From an uncultured Candidatus Saccharibacteria bacterium (GTDB taxonomy: Bacteria; Patescibacteriota; Minisyncoccia; Phycocordibacterales; UBA9973): DNA of 64,000 bases. The DNA lies in assembly GCA_964496425.1 (NCBI GenBank), contig CAZBZO010000001.1, positions 7,265-71,264 of the forward strand, written 5' to 3'. The notes beneath the pieces were generated by a model that saw nothing but the letters and a program-made list of their open reading frames with translations, searched no databases and had not been told where the DNA came from. Both the position numbers and the translations under genes were made by a program. Positions 10,602 to 20,192 of the stretch are shown one piece after another (within the stretch, counting starts at the first letter, position 1; each line of letters opens with the position of its first letter).

Positions 10602-11174
10602 TTATCGTGTCACCAGAAGATCAAATGGGTTGTGAGCACCGTTTTGATACATACCAAAATGAAGATGGGGCGGTGTAGTCGAAGCGTTCCCCGTATTTCC
10701 TACATATCCCAAAACCGTGTCGGTGGTAACTTCTGTACCAGCCTCAATCCCATCAGCCACTTTATCTAAATGGGCATAATAGTATCGCACACCACCTTTC
10801 CCAGTCACATAAACATGATTACCTCCAAGTGTACTGACCCCTATTCTCGCCACAAACCCTTCAGTCGCTGAAAATATCGGCTCACCACGAGGAGCAAAGA
10901 TATCCACGCCTTCATGTGTCCGTCCTGCTTCGCGTGCTTCGCCCCATGTGTCAGCAATTTGAGACTTAGTCAGTCCTGTAATTGGGATCAAAAGCGTAGC
11001 ATCAGGTGGTAAAGATGTCAGATGATAGAGCTTATAGGGATAAGCGAGCTTTTCAAAAACCGAAGCGAGTCCTAGAGTAATTCCTTCTTTATGGGTATAC
11101 CAATACTGCACCGGATAGATGACGGAAATAATAGCAACGAGAGCAAAGATGATTGTAAGTATTTTTTTCTTCAT
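10602..11174 (-). CDS. M23 family metallopeptidase, membrane-anchored
   Basis: HEGVD, YYYAHL, VGNTGNA and HLHF motifs. Confidence 0.92.
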   Translation of the reverse strand: MKKKILTIIFALVAIISVIYPVQYWYTHKEGITLGLASVFEKLAYPYKLYHLTSLPPDATLLIPITGLTKSQIADTWGEAREAGRTHEGVDIFAPRGEPIFSATEGFVARIGVSTLGGNHVYVTGKGGVRYYYAHLDKVADGIEAGTEVTTDTVLGYVGNTGNASTTPPHLHFGMYQNGAHNPFDLLVTR

Positions 11175-11364
11175 TTAGATAAAAAAATTCTTTTGCGTGT
11201 TTCGCAAAAGTTTAGACAATTTTTGACACAGCGACCCGCTACATAAAATGTAACGTTACAAGGGTGATACTGTGACAATAAGTATAGGCTTGGGCGGAAT
11301 CGGACTCCGCTTGCATTCCCGGCAAAGAAGCGTAGTATTTCGGTGAACCAAATTCCTCCAGCCC

Positions 11365-11865
11365 ATGAAAAACTTAATACTATTTATTGGTGTTTGCGTA
11401 TTGTTTCAAAACTGCGCATTAGCACAAAATTCTGGATACACCTGGCCGATTGAACGGCCGATAAACATGAAGAAATATAACGGATACGAACGGCTGATAG
11501 AAATGATTTACAATCAGATGGTATTAGATACACAATACGCTTTGGGATCAAAAGAATATTCAACGACCAAAACAAGTGTGACATACCCTACGTATCGCTA
11601 CGCCGTGATCGATAGCGGGTTTTCACGTGAATATGTAATCACGGTGTTACGTCTGCCTAGCATGGCCAAGATTGTCATCACTGATCCTGAACGGTCTAGC
11701 TTTAAAATCACTTTTTTCAATGGTGGGATTGCAGAATCCAAGGAGTCGAATATTGACCAACTTGATCCGCTGTATCACTTAGGAAAAAGTGGATACGCAG
11801 CAGAAATCACATACATCCTTCTGCTTGCTCGAGCACAGATGTTGCATGATCTCGCGCAACAATGA
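11365..11865 (+). CDS. Hypothetical secreted protein
   Basis: Signal peptide-like N-terminus ending ALA; no recognisable domain. Confidence 0.6.
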   Translation: MKNLILFIGVCVLFQNCALAQNSGYTWPIERPINMKKYNGYERLIEMIYNQMVLDTQYALGSKEYSTTKTSVTYPTYRYAVIDSGFSREYVITVLRLPSMAKIVITDPERSSFKITFFNGGIAESKESNIDQLDPLYHLGKSGYAAEITYILLLARAQMLHDLAQQ

Positions 11866-12036
11866 AAATACAAAATATCGCCCGGAGCAGTATATGCGCC
11901 GGGCTTGATTTTTATGCGATATTATTTAACATCCTTTCTATCTAAAACGCGAGCTATTTTCTCCCCTATAAAATCTCCCTCAACAATTGATAAACCCACG
12001 GGGAATATCTTCCGAAGAGAGGAATTCTTATGTATA

Positions 12037-12537
12037 TTAAAATGTCTTTTCGTCAGCCGATGGGCCGTAGATAGATGGTACAGCTATGTTGTTGAGACGC
12101 ATATAGACTGTAAGCTGGCCGCGATGGTGAACCCAATGATTGAGCGATGAGCCAATACTATCCCCTTTCAAAGATTGCATGAGGACTTGTTCACCAGATT
12201 TGAGATAAAATATTTGTTCTAAAAGTGCACTATCGGAAACAGTTTTAAGTGCATGCTTAGCTCCTGCAATATTATTGTCGTAGCGTTGTACAAGATCGGT
12301 AGTACTAATCGGATTGTATTTTTCCCATGCAGCAAGATCGATTGTCCCTTCATTTGCGATTGCCGAAAGCCATTTGGGAATATCGGCCACCAAAAGCGCC
12401 AAGTAGCCGAGCGTCATAGACTTGTCATGCGGCTTCCATGTAAAAAGGTTCTCCGGAATACGCTCTAAGCATTTGCGAGTAGCTCCTTCTTCAGCTTCAA
12501 GTTCTTTTAAGAATAGTTGGGCAAGTGTTGGGTTCAT
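12037..12537 (-). CDS. DinB family protein
   Basis: WKPHDKSMTLG and HWVHHRGQLTVYMRL...VPSIYGPSAD. Confidence 0.9.
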   Translation of the reverse strand: MNPTLAQLFLKELEAEEGATRKCLERIPENLFTWKPHDKSMTLGYLALLVADIPKWLSAIANEGTIDLAAWEKYNPISTTDLVQRYDNNIAGAKHALKTVSDSALLEQIFYLKSGEQVLMQSLKGDSIGSSLNHWVHHRGQLTVYMRLNNIAVPSIYGPSADEKTF

Positions 12538-12586
12538 ATATAAAAAATAGATTACTAGTATAGAAATATCATACCATACGAACGTT

Positions 12587-12964
12587 TTATTTTTTCTTCA
12601 CGGATTTAACCTTGGCTTTGGCCATGTTTTCTTTGAGACGAAATCGGACAATTTTTCGCACCAGAGGAAGTGGTAGTGGTCGGTCGAATGGAAACTGGAT
12701 AGTGCCTTTGGACCAAGAATATTTTGTAAGATCTTTTTTGAAAGCCGCCACACCGGACGCGCCAGGGAAAAAGCTCACATGATCTTTGAACCCTCCGAAA
12801 TATACTAAGACACCGTTCCAGTGATATGCAGGCATACCATAGGCAATTTTTTCCTCAGCTTGTGGCGCAGTTTTCTTGATAGTCATTCGGAGCTCCTTCA
12901 ACATCTTCTGTACACCTTTCGGAAAGCTTGCAATATACGCATCTACAGTTTTGTATTGTTTCAT
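12587..12964 (-). CDS. DUF1801 (YdhG-like) protein
   Basis: VDAYIA, EKIAYGMPAY and KGTIQFP motifs. Confidence 0.88.
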   Translation of the reverse strand: MKQYKTVDAYIASFPKGVQKMLKELRMTIKKTAPQAEEKIAYGMPAYHWNGVLVYFGGFKDHVSFFPGASGVAAFKKDLTKYSWSKGTIQFPFDRPLPLPLVRKIVRFRLKENMAKAKVKSVKKK

Positions 12965-13050
12965 ATTTGTATAATACCAAATGTGTAGTATTTTTTAATT
13001 TTATTCACCTTTGGAAACTCCAGTATTTAAGGATTGCTTAAATGTGTATA

Positions 13051-13635
13051 TTATTTTTCTATCACCACAAACTCCGCTTCTGGAAGTGTCAGAATTTCCA
13101 AATCCTCTTCATGCGATTTCAGATTTTCTAGTAACAAATCCCAATTAATTGTTTTTCCATCACCATAATCAGCTGATTTCCAATGCGGAATACATTTGTA
13201 GGGTAACAGTCCAAGTCCACTACCGATCCGCATTGTCTCCCCTACGCCATAGTAAGTACAGAGCGCATCAGCTCCAGCTGAAGTCCCAGCGACGACTTTG
13301 CCAGAAAGTTCTTTCTCCCAACCGATACAAGTACGCAGGATTGAGGTTAGTTTTGAACTTACACCGCCTCGAAAAAATATAGCGTCAGCATTTTTTACTT
13401 GTTCGACAAATTTATCTTGCTGTGCAAGCTCAAGCTCAAAAGTTTCAAGATATTTTGAAAAGAATCCTTGATCTTTGGTAAATGTTTCTTGCCAGACATC
13501 TTCTGGGCGTGCGAACATGCAATCCAGTATTTTGATTGGTTTATGTGTAATACTCTTTACCAATTCATCACAAAATGCTTTTCCACCATCAACCGCTTTA
13601 TGAATATATCCACCTACTAAAATGTATTTAGTCAT
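13051..13635 (-). CDS. Peptidase S51 / class I glutamine amidotransferase-like protein
   Basis: FFRGG, GTSAGA, GLGLL and IPH motifs. Confidence 0.8.
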   Translation of the reverse strand: MTKYILVGGYIHKAVDGGKAFCDELVKSITHKPIKILDCMFARPEDVWQETFTKDQGFFSKYLETFELELAQQDKFVEQVKNADAIFFRGGVSSKLTSILRTCIGWEKELSGKVVAGTSAGADALCTYYGVGETMRIGSGLGLLPYKCIPHWKSADYGDGKTINWDLLLENLKSHEEDLEILTLPEAEFVVIEK

Positions 13636-13641
13636 AATTTT

Positions 13642-14088
13642 TCACTTCTTAACATCTGCAAAAAGTTCAAGAATATCTTCTTTGAGAATTCCTTTTATAA
13701 TCATGGGCTCATACCCAGCATCAAGAGCCAAATCATCAATACCGAGCTTTCTTTTTCGTAATAAATGCGGCAGGTCGGAACGAGAGAGTCCGAAGACCAC
13801 CTTGGGAACTTTTGCTTGAAATATGGCAGAAGCACACATGAGGCAAGGCTCATTAGTGCTGTATATAGCGCAATCGCTCAGATCATTACTTGCAAGCGCC
13901 ACACAAGCTGTATTAATCGCTTGTAATTCAGCATGCCCTAGGATATTTTTTGTACCCTTCTCTGTGCAGGCTGCCCGGGCAATAATTTCTCCATCTCGCA
14001 CAATCACAGCCCCAAACGGCCATTCGCCGCTAGCTAGAGCGAGTCCAGCTTCCTTTATAGCTTCTCGGATAAAATCTTCGTCAGTCAT
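13642..14088 (-). CDS. Zinc-dependent nucleoside/tRNA deaminase (TadA or guanine deaminase-like)
   Basis: PFGAVIV, HAE and EPCLMC; likely start ATG 14088. Confidence 0.88.
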   Translation of the reverse strand: MTDEDFIREAIKEAGLALASGEWPFGAVIVRDGEIIARAACTEKGTKNILGHAELQAINTACVALASNDLSDCAIYSTNEPCLMCASAIFQAKVPKVVFGLSRSDLPHLLRKRKLGIDDLALDAGYEPMIIKGILKEDILELFADVKK

Positions 14089-14117
14089 GACCCCAATTAT
14101 AGCCGTATTCCTTAAAA

Positions 14118-14146
14118 ACAAAAATCACCCGTTAGGTGATTTTTGT
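14118..14146. terminator. Intrinsic terminator-like hairpin
   Basis: ACAAAAATCACC-cgtta-GGTGATTTTTGT. Confidence 0.65.
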
Positions 14147-14159
14147 AGATTGCACTTGA

Positions 14160-14375
14160 TTAGATTTCTGGGGCAGCGTCGAAGTCTTTTTGAAATTTTT
14201 CGCTCCAAGCCACCATCGCTGGATCAGTCATGGGCATCGCCTTAACATCAGCTGCCATTTTCGGATGCGCTTCTTCCAAATGCTTCATACCGTTCCCCAT
14301 CATCTCTTCTGAGGTGGCGCCCATGATCTCGGCATCACACTCCCCGCCCATTGCTCTACATGTCATTTTTTTCAT
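14160..14375 (-). CDS. DUF1059-like small metal-binding protein
   Basis: MTCRAMGGECD...HLEEAH pattern. Confidence 0.7.
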   Translation of the reverse strand: MKKMTCRAMGGECDAEIMGATSEEMMGNGMKHLEEAHPKMAADVKAMPMTDPAMVAWSEKFQKDFDAAPEI

Positions 14376-14405
14376 AGTTTTTTGATTTAATTAGTATTTA
14401 TTTGC

Positions 14406-14882
14406 CTAATTTTGCGCGTCGGCAGATGGGCCGTAAATTGCGGGAACAAATGCTCCCATGGCCCGCAGATATGTCGCCAACTGTCCACGGTGATGCACAG
14501 CATCAAACAAAAATCCCCAGGCCATATGATATTTTTTATCTTTCCACGTTTCTCCCATACTCGCATCCCCATTTTCCCAGTCTTCGTCGGAAATAGCGGC
14601 TACATCTTTTTCTAATTGAGAAATACCCTCGTCAAACTTCGAAAGCATGTCAGCTTTAGTTTGATTTTCCATTTCATGAGGATTAAACGCTGGTGAACCA
14701 TCCGTCAAAATCCCGGAAATAGCTTTCCACTGAAGCGCCAGCTGGGCCGCTAAGTTGCCTGCGTCACGCGATCGTTCATGCACCTTATGCGCATGCTTGT
14801 CTTCGGGCAGTGCGTCTATCGCCTTTCGAAACCGTGGTGCCTCTTCTTGTAAGGTTTTTAAGAAAAAATCTTTATTTGTCAT
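14406..14882 (-). CDS. DinB family protein
   Basis: HHRGQLATYLRAMGAFVPAIYGPSAD. Confidence 0.88.
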   Translation of the reverse strand: MTNKDFFLKTLQEEAPRFRKAIDALPEDKHAHKVHERSRDAGNLAAQLALQWKAISGILTDGSPAFNPHEMENQTKADMLSKFDEGISQLEKDVAAISDEDWENGDASMGETWKDKKYHMAWGFLFDAVHHRGQLATYLRAMGAFVPAIYGPSADAQN

Positions 14883-14936
14883 AGAGATGATTCGCTTATG
14901 GATAATATATACATACTACCATACGGTAATGTATTT

Positions 14937-15365
14937 TTATTTCTTAGGATAAATGCTTTTGATCTTTTTTAAAACTCCTTTTCTTTTGACTATATTTTTA
15001 TAATCCCACTGTATCTCTTCTGCCTTCTTTAGCCATCGTTTAAGGTCTTTCCTTTTTATCTCTGAAGCCACTGTATACCGTATCTCAGCTGCCTTGAAAC
15101 TTCCTTCTTTTTGTAAGTCTCCTTCGTCAAAAGACTGACCGCTCCAAAAAAGTAGCCTAACACAATCTTTCAATTTGTCGTATCCCACAACCGGATTGCC
15201 ATCCAAAAACCACACAGGGTTTGCGTGCCAGATTTTATTCTCTGCCTTTGGTAGAGCGTGAACAATCTCTTCGGCCAATACATCGCAAATTTCTTTGTTT
15301 CCTTTAGATTGTTTTTTATTGTAGGCTAGAATATCTTTATTTATTTGAGAAAGTGTTTTGGGCAT
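14937..15365 (-). CDS. DUF1801 protein
   Basis: KIWHANPVWFLDGNPVVGY, LLFWSGQSF and QWDYKN motifs. Confidence 0.85.
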   Translation of the reverse strand: MPKTLSQINKDILAYNKKQSKGNKEICDVLAEEIVHALPKAENKIWHANPVWFLDGNPVVGYDKLKDCVRLLFWSGQSFDEGDLQKEGSFKAAEIRYTVASEIKRKDLKRWLKKAEEIQWDYKNIVKRKGVLKKIKSIYPKK

Positions 15366-15517
15366 ATATATAATTTTTTACACATTGAAACGTACGCGAA
15401 AACATATTGAAAGGAGGTTACTATGCGGATATATTATACAACTTTTAAATAATTATTTTAAGTACATGTCTTAATCAATATCCAATCATTCAAATACCGC
15501 CGATGCGATTTTGCCCG

Positions 15518-16240
15518 CTAGATCCCGGAAACACCAAATAACTTACCGACACCGAATGTGATCAGCATTGCAAGCATTCCGCCCAAGACCACTCGTATCG
15601 TAGCCTTCATTTTATTTGCCCCTCCAGCATACGCACTCAACATACCAGTAACGACCAGCGCCACCAAGACGGAAATAAACGTACCGACAATACGGAAGGA
15701 AGATGGCAACAACCATACCGTGGCAAGCGGGATTATCGCACCAGAAAGAAATGCTACGGCTGAAGCGTATGCCGCATGCCATGGGTTAGTCAGGTCGCTC
15801 GGATCGATCCCAAGCTCGATGTCCACATGAGCAGCAAACGCGTCGTGTTTGGTAAGCTCTTTTGCAACGAGTTGCGCAGTGTTTTGCGAAAGTCCCTTTG
15901 CCTCATAGAGCATCGCAAGTTCCGCAAACTCTTGCTCTGGAACATTTTCAAGCTCCCAACGCTCCTTCTCAAGCAAAGCGCGCTCTGTGTCGCGCTGTGT
16001 ACTTACTGAAATATATTCCCCTACCGCCATAGAGAGCGCTCCACCCACAGTGGCAGCAATCCCCGCGGTCAGGATAAGTCGAAGATCATTTGTACTGCCT
16101 GCCACGCCAACAATAAGCGCTGATACAGAGACAATGCCGTCATTTGCACCCAACACAGAAGCTCGTAACCAGTTGAGCTTTTGGTTGCTTTTTGGGTCTT
16201 GTTGCTCCTTGTGGGCAATGGGATTTCGATAGGTATTCAT
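15518..16240 (-). CDS. VIT1/CCC1 family Fe/Mn transporter
   Basis: LRASVLGANDGIVS and SMAVGEYISVSTQRD. Confidence 0.93.
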   Translation of the reverse strand: MNTYRNPIAHKEQQDPKSNQKLNWLRASVLGANDGIVSVSALIVGVAGSTNDLRLILTAGIAATVGGALSMAVGEYISVSTQRDTERALLEKERWELENVPEQEFAELAMLYEAKGLSQNTAQLVAKELTKHDAFAAHVDIELGIDPSDLTNPWHAAYASAVAFLSGAIIPLATVWLLPSSFRIVGTFISVLVALVVTGMLSAYAGGANKMKATIRVVLGGMLAMLITFGVGKLFGVSGI

Positions 16241-16323
16241 ACTTATACTCTAGCATTTTCTATGCGAAGCAGAGCGTTTTTCTATTTCGTAGGTCTTCGC
16301 AAATCATTCCTTTTGGAATACTG

Positions 16324-16402
16324 ATTTCTAAGCAAGAACGGTTCTTGCTTAGAAATTTTCATCCTTGAAAACCCTGCCGGCCGGCAGGGTTTTCAAGGAT
16401 GA
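16324..16402. repeat. Two adjacent perfect palindromes (33 bp and 44 bp), REP-like
   Basis: ATTTCTAAGCAAGAAC-G-GTTCTTGCTTAGAAAT followed by TCATCCTTGAAAACCCTGCCGG|CCGGCAGGGTTTTCAAGGATGA. Confidence 0.85.
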
Positions 16403-16445
16403 GATCATCGTAAGCGCTATCCAGAAATAGACATCAATCTAACAA

Positions 16446-16850
16446 CTAGGACATATCGAAATAATTTCGCATCGCACCATTGAAGAAAATTCTCCATGAT
16501 TCAAAAGGAGTTAATCTGATTAGATCAACAATGATTGTTAAGATCAATAAAGCTAGAAGATTTAGTACTATTCTTTTACCTAAACCCAAATTCTTTCCTT
16601 TCAATCTTCTATTAATCCAAAACATTGCCAGAAGAAATACCGCAAGAGAGACCCAGGAATATGGGGTTATCATAAGAATTAAAGACGGAAGACCATACGG
16701 AACAAATAGACCGATAAACCCTGCTATGTATCCCATCGTAGACGGAACGGTGTTTGGATATCCTGCAATATTTAAAATGATGTATAGAGCAGTCAGAATA
16801 AACCAACAAAACCAAATCGATTGAAACACAGCCCATTTGTTTTTATTCAT
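16446..16850 (-). CDS. Hypothetical membrane protein (about 4 TM)
   Basis: Hydrophobic, AT-rich ORF. Confidence 0.6.
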   Translation of the reverse strand: MNKNKWAVFQSIWFCWFILTALYIILNIAGYPNTVPSTMGYIAGFIGLFVPYGLPSLILMITPYSWVSLAVFLLAMFWINRRLKGKNLGLGKRIVLNLLALLILTIIVDLIRLTPFESWRIFFNGAMRNYFDMS

Positions 16851-16944
16851 ATATTGAATTATAGAAGTTTTCCGAAAAAATCCCTATGGCCTCAAATGAA
16901 TCGAGAAGGACTCCGTCTACGTCAAACAATACCGCTTTAATCAT
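16843..16944 (-). pseudogene. N-terminal fragment of a HAD hydrolase
   Basis: MIKAVLFDVDGVLLDSFEA (HAD motif I), then a stop after 33 codons. Confidence 0.7.
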
Positions 16945-16959
16945 ATAATAGCCATGCTT

Positions 16960-17364
16960 TTAGGCATTGAGATACGTTATATGTAATTGTAAGATCGTTG
17001 CAAATGTCACCCACAATACATACGGAATGTTGGCATACACAATCCAACGAAAGTGAGTCGAGAAATGCCACAGTGCAAAGAGGGCCCAGATGAGCGTGCC
17101 GAGCACAAGTAAAATATCGATAGCCGCAAGAAGATTATTTTTAAGACCAAATTGAATGGGCGTAAAGACGAAGTTGAAGAGTAGATTGAGCGCAAACGGT
17201 AGAGCCACAATCCATGGAATTTGTTTGGTGAATACTTTATAAAATACCGTCCCGAAGGAAATGGCAATGATCAGATAGAGTACCGTCCACACGGGACCAA
17301 AGAGCCACGAGGGCGGCGCCCATGTAGGTTTGATCAGCTGCGAGTACCAGTTGTATGTGTTCAT
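16960..17364 (-). CDS. tspO: TspO/MBR family protein
   Basis: WYSQLIKPTWAPPSWLFGPVWTVLY and PYVLWVTFA. Confidence 0.92.
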   Translation of the reverse strand: MNTYNWYSQLIKPTWAPPSWLFGPVWTVLYLIIAISFGTVFYKVFTKQIPWIVALPFALNLLFNFVFTPIQFGLKNNLLAAIDILLVLGTLIWALFALWHFSTHFRWIVYANIPYVLWVTFATILQLHITYLNA

Positions 17365-17417
17365 GGGTTAATTATACCCCACAAGACCCACCGCAAGAAT
17401 TTTAGGAGGATTAAGGA

Positions 17418-18647
17418 TTACAGCTCATCCTCGGCATCATGCGCGAGGTCTTCTGCTTCTTCAGCGAGGTCTATTGCATCGTCATAATTTTCATCATCAA
17501 ATTCATTTTGGGCATCATCTAAAGCTTCTTCCGCTTCATCGAGAATATCTTCTGCATCGCTCACATCGTCGCCATCATCGTCAGCTTCTTCAATGGCGTC
17601 GCGCGCATTGTCGATCGCATCTTCTGCATCTTCAATTGCGTCTTCTGCGTCTTGCTCATCATCGCTACCCTCTCCGATCGCATCAACGGCATCATCGGCA
17701 AGATCCTTTGCTTCTTCAGCTTGATCTATGGCATCACTATAGTCCTCATCGTCGAAGCTCTGTTCTGCTTCGTCGAGGGCATCGCGGGCTTCGTCAAGAA
17801 TATCTTCGGCTTCCCCGACGTCTTCACCGTCATCATCAGCTTCTTCGATTTGATTCTCTGCGCTATCTATTGCGTCTTCGGCATCTTCGATCGCTTGATC
17901 TGCTTTATCTTCATCCGTTTCTCCGCCAGCATCTTCAAAGGCATCGATGGCATTATCATAGGCATCTTCGGCCGATTCCATTGCATCATCAAAATCTCCG
18001 TCGAAATAGGATCGGATCGCATCGAATAAATCCTCCTTGGCTTTTTCAAGTTCTGCGGTAGCACTTCCGACATCACCCCCATCATCTTCGGTCTCATCAA
18101 TCTGATCCTCAGCATCCTCTATAGCATTGATAGCATCAGTTATTTGCCCTTCAGTATCCTCGTCTCCGCTATTTGGATTTGATTTCAACTGAGCGATTTC
18201 TTGATTGAGATCTGCTATCTGCTGGGTAAGAGTATCAACAGATGATCCACTAGAAACAGGACTCGAAGGAGGAGTGGAAGTATTTGCTGGTGCACCTAAA
18301 ATGATTGCTACTATTTGAGAATATTTTTGACGAGAGAGAGCGCCGAAATATCCAGCCGCTGGTGTCAGGCCATTCATGGTCTGCCATTGTACCACTGCAG
18401 CTCTTGTCAGCTCTTTAAATTGAGTTGTTTCCTGGCCTTTAGAACCTACACCCGTAAGGGCCACAGCGACACCTGCATCATTCAAGTATTGCTGAAGGCA
18501 TCGCACGTCTTCTCCTTCGGCCCCGAGCTCCAAATCTCGAGTAAAATCACATTGAACAATAGCATTTGCAGCCGATGGATTTGAAACGAGCGCAAACATT
18601 CCCATAGCTACTACTCCACCTAAAAATAATATTTTTATGTATTTCAT
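17418..18647 (-). CDS. Secreted peptidoglycan-binding protein with very acidic helical repeats
   Basis: Signal peptide; LELGAEGEDVRCLQQYLN...WQ...GYFGALSR PG-binding domain; three ~80-aa D/E/A repeats. Confidence 0.8.
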   Translation of the reverse strand: MKYIKILFLGGVVAMGMFALVSNPSAANAIVQCDFTRDLELGAEGEDVRCLQQYLNDAGVAVALTGVGSKGQETTQFKELTRAAVVQWQTMNGLTPAAGYFGALSRQKYSQIVAIILGAPANTSTPPSSPVSSGSSVDTLTQQIADLNQEIAQLKSNPNSGDEDTEGQITDAINAIEDAEDQIDETEDDGGDVGSATAELEKAKEDLFDAIRSYFDGDFDDAMESAEDAYDNAIDAFEDAGGETDEDKADQAIEDAEDAIDSAENQIEEADDDGEDVGEAEDILDEARDALDEAEQSFDDEDYSDAIDQAEEAKDLADDAVDAIGEGSDDEQDAEDAIEDAEDAIDNARDAIEEADDDGDDVSDAEDILDEAEEALDDAQNEFDDENYDDAIDLAEEAEDLAHDAEDEL

Positions 18648-18702
18648 ATTTTAAATTAGTGTATTAACTGATATACATTCATTATACGTTATCGTGCCTG
18701 TC

Positions 18703-19014
18703 TTACAAATAGCGGGAAATATCGTTTACTTTTAGTTTGGAAAGTATGGGATTTTCTACTGATTCCAATACCCTCGTGACCAGTGAGCCTGGTATTAAAT
18801 TTTGGATGAACTCAATGGTCTTAGTGGGTTCTATACCTTCTAACAATGCAAAGCGAACAGTATTTTCTTTGTCAGAGGCATTTTCTGCAAGACAGGTAAT
18901 GCCATTCTCGATGGTGAATTTTCGAATTCGTCCGCGCAACATTACCCCATGCAACGTGTTTGCATCACTTTGAATTTCGTAAATATTCCATTTGAGTTTC
19001 ATAGGATAATCCAT
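18703..19014 (-). CDS. Hypothetical protein
   Basis: ORF; likely start ATG 19014 or 19002. Confidence 0.55.
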   Translation of the reverse strand: MDYPMKLKWNIYEIQSDANTLHGVMLRGRIRKFTIENGITCLAENASDKENTVRFALLEGIEPTKTIEFIQNLIPGSLVTRVLESVENPILSKLKVNDISRYL

Positions 19015-19072
19015 TATATACGTAAGCCTCGTGATAAGTAAGGATGGTTCTTGCTTAACATAATTATTTTTA

Positions 19073-19420
19073 TTACTTTCGTAAAATCTTCTCCATGGTC
19101 TTCCCTTTTGCAAGCTCATCGATCAATTTATCGAGGTAGCGGATTTCCCGCATGACTCGATCCTTGATCTCTTCTATACGCACGCCGCATACTACGCCCT
19201 TGATCAGCTTTCGCTTAGGATTCATTTTTGGTTGAGTGTAAAAATCTTCAAAGCTAGTTTCTTTCTCTAAATGTTTTTCAAACTGTTTTTGGGTATAGCC
19301 AGTCAGCCATCGAATGATGGTGTCGACTTCAGCTTTCGTGCGGCCTTTTTTCTCGGCCTTAGCAATATAGTACGGATACACTTTTGAGAAACTTGTTGCG
19401 TAGAGTTTTTCTTTTTTCAT
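19073..19420 (-). CDS. DUF2200 family protein
   Basis: [29 protein letters not shown] and [14 protein letters not shown]. Confidence 0.9.
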   Translation of the reverse strand: MKKEKLYATSFSKVYPYYIAKAEKKGRTKAEVDTIIRWLTGYTQKQFEKHLEKETSFEDFYTQPKMNPKRKLIKGVVCGVRIEEIKDRVMREIRYLDKLIDELAKGKTMEKILRK

Positions 19421-19449
19421 GGCATTGCGTGATACGTGGTTCTTAGTTA

Positions 19450-20130
19450 TTATGATATTACTTTAAAATCGTCTCGTTCAACCTTAAAAGAATAATCCTC
19501 TAAACTCCACAATTCTAAATCGAATTTATTTTTTTCAGGCAGAATTGTTACTTGAAACTGCTCGTTCCTTTCTATGGCTTTTTCTTCAACTTCTCTGCGT
19601 GATAGATTGATTTCACCTTCGCGATTTCTATTTATTCTTCTGTCTACTTCAACTTTAGAATCGCACATTACAAATATTCCATACATCTTTTCTTCTTTCT
19701 TAAGAAACACGGCACCCACTCCCTCGATAATTGTGATTGGAAATTTCGATTTCAATTCTTTCGATTCACCACTTTTGTTAGATACATAAAAACAATCTTC
19801 TCCATTCATTAAAGAGTGAATTACTTTCTCTAAGGAATTTAGATGATATGACTCTTTAAATACCCATGTGTGGTATCCAATTCTTCTGTTGCCTTGTGTA
19901 TCGATCCATTCTTTAGGAGTAGTTTTACGTATGGTGCTATCGACCATAAACTCATCCGTATCGATACAATTAGCCTCCAGACCTCGCGAATTGATTTCTT
20001 CCACTAGTTGTTTACTAAGAGTAGTTTTTCCGGATCCTCCGTTGCCAGATATAAAAATAAACTTGTATTTTCCCAAGCAAAAATCAATAACCTTTTTTGC
20101 AACCTGTTGGTCTGAATAAAATTGCGTCAT
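19450..20130 (-). CDS. P-loop kinase (uridine kinase-like)
   Basis: [14 protein letters not shown] and IIEGV motifs. Confidence 0.72.
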   Translation of the reverse strand: MTQFYSDQQVAKKVIDFCLGKYKFIFISGNGGSGKTTLSKQLVEEINSRGLEANCIDTDEFMVDSTIRKTTPKEWIDTQGNRRIGYHTWVFKESYHLNSLEKVIHSLMNGEDCFYVSNKSGESKELKSKFPITIIEGVGAVFLKKEEKMYGIFVMCDSKVEVDRRINRNREGEINLSRREVEEKAIERNEQFQVTILPEKNKFDLELWSLEDYSFKVERDDFKVIS

Positions 20131-20192
20131 TTTTTTATTATATCAAATTGAGCGGGTGATCTGATGCGCCACCTGTCCCGTAGCAAGCGGCT

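Noticed and set aside
11185-11364. Possible riboswitch upstream of ORF 11365
   Set aside because: Only short hairpins are present and I recognise no aptamer consensus, so it cannot be supported without an Rfam search
13642-14088. Deaminase as the modifier of tRNA-Ser(ACT)
   Set aside because: It is 44 kb away, its PFGAV motif fits guanine or nucleoside deaminases equally well, and nothing links the two
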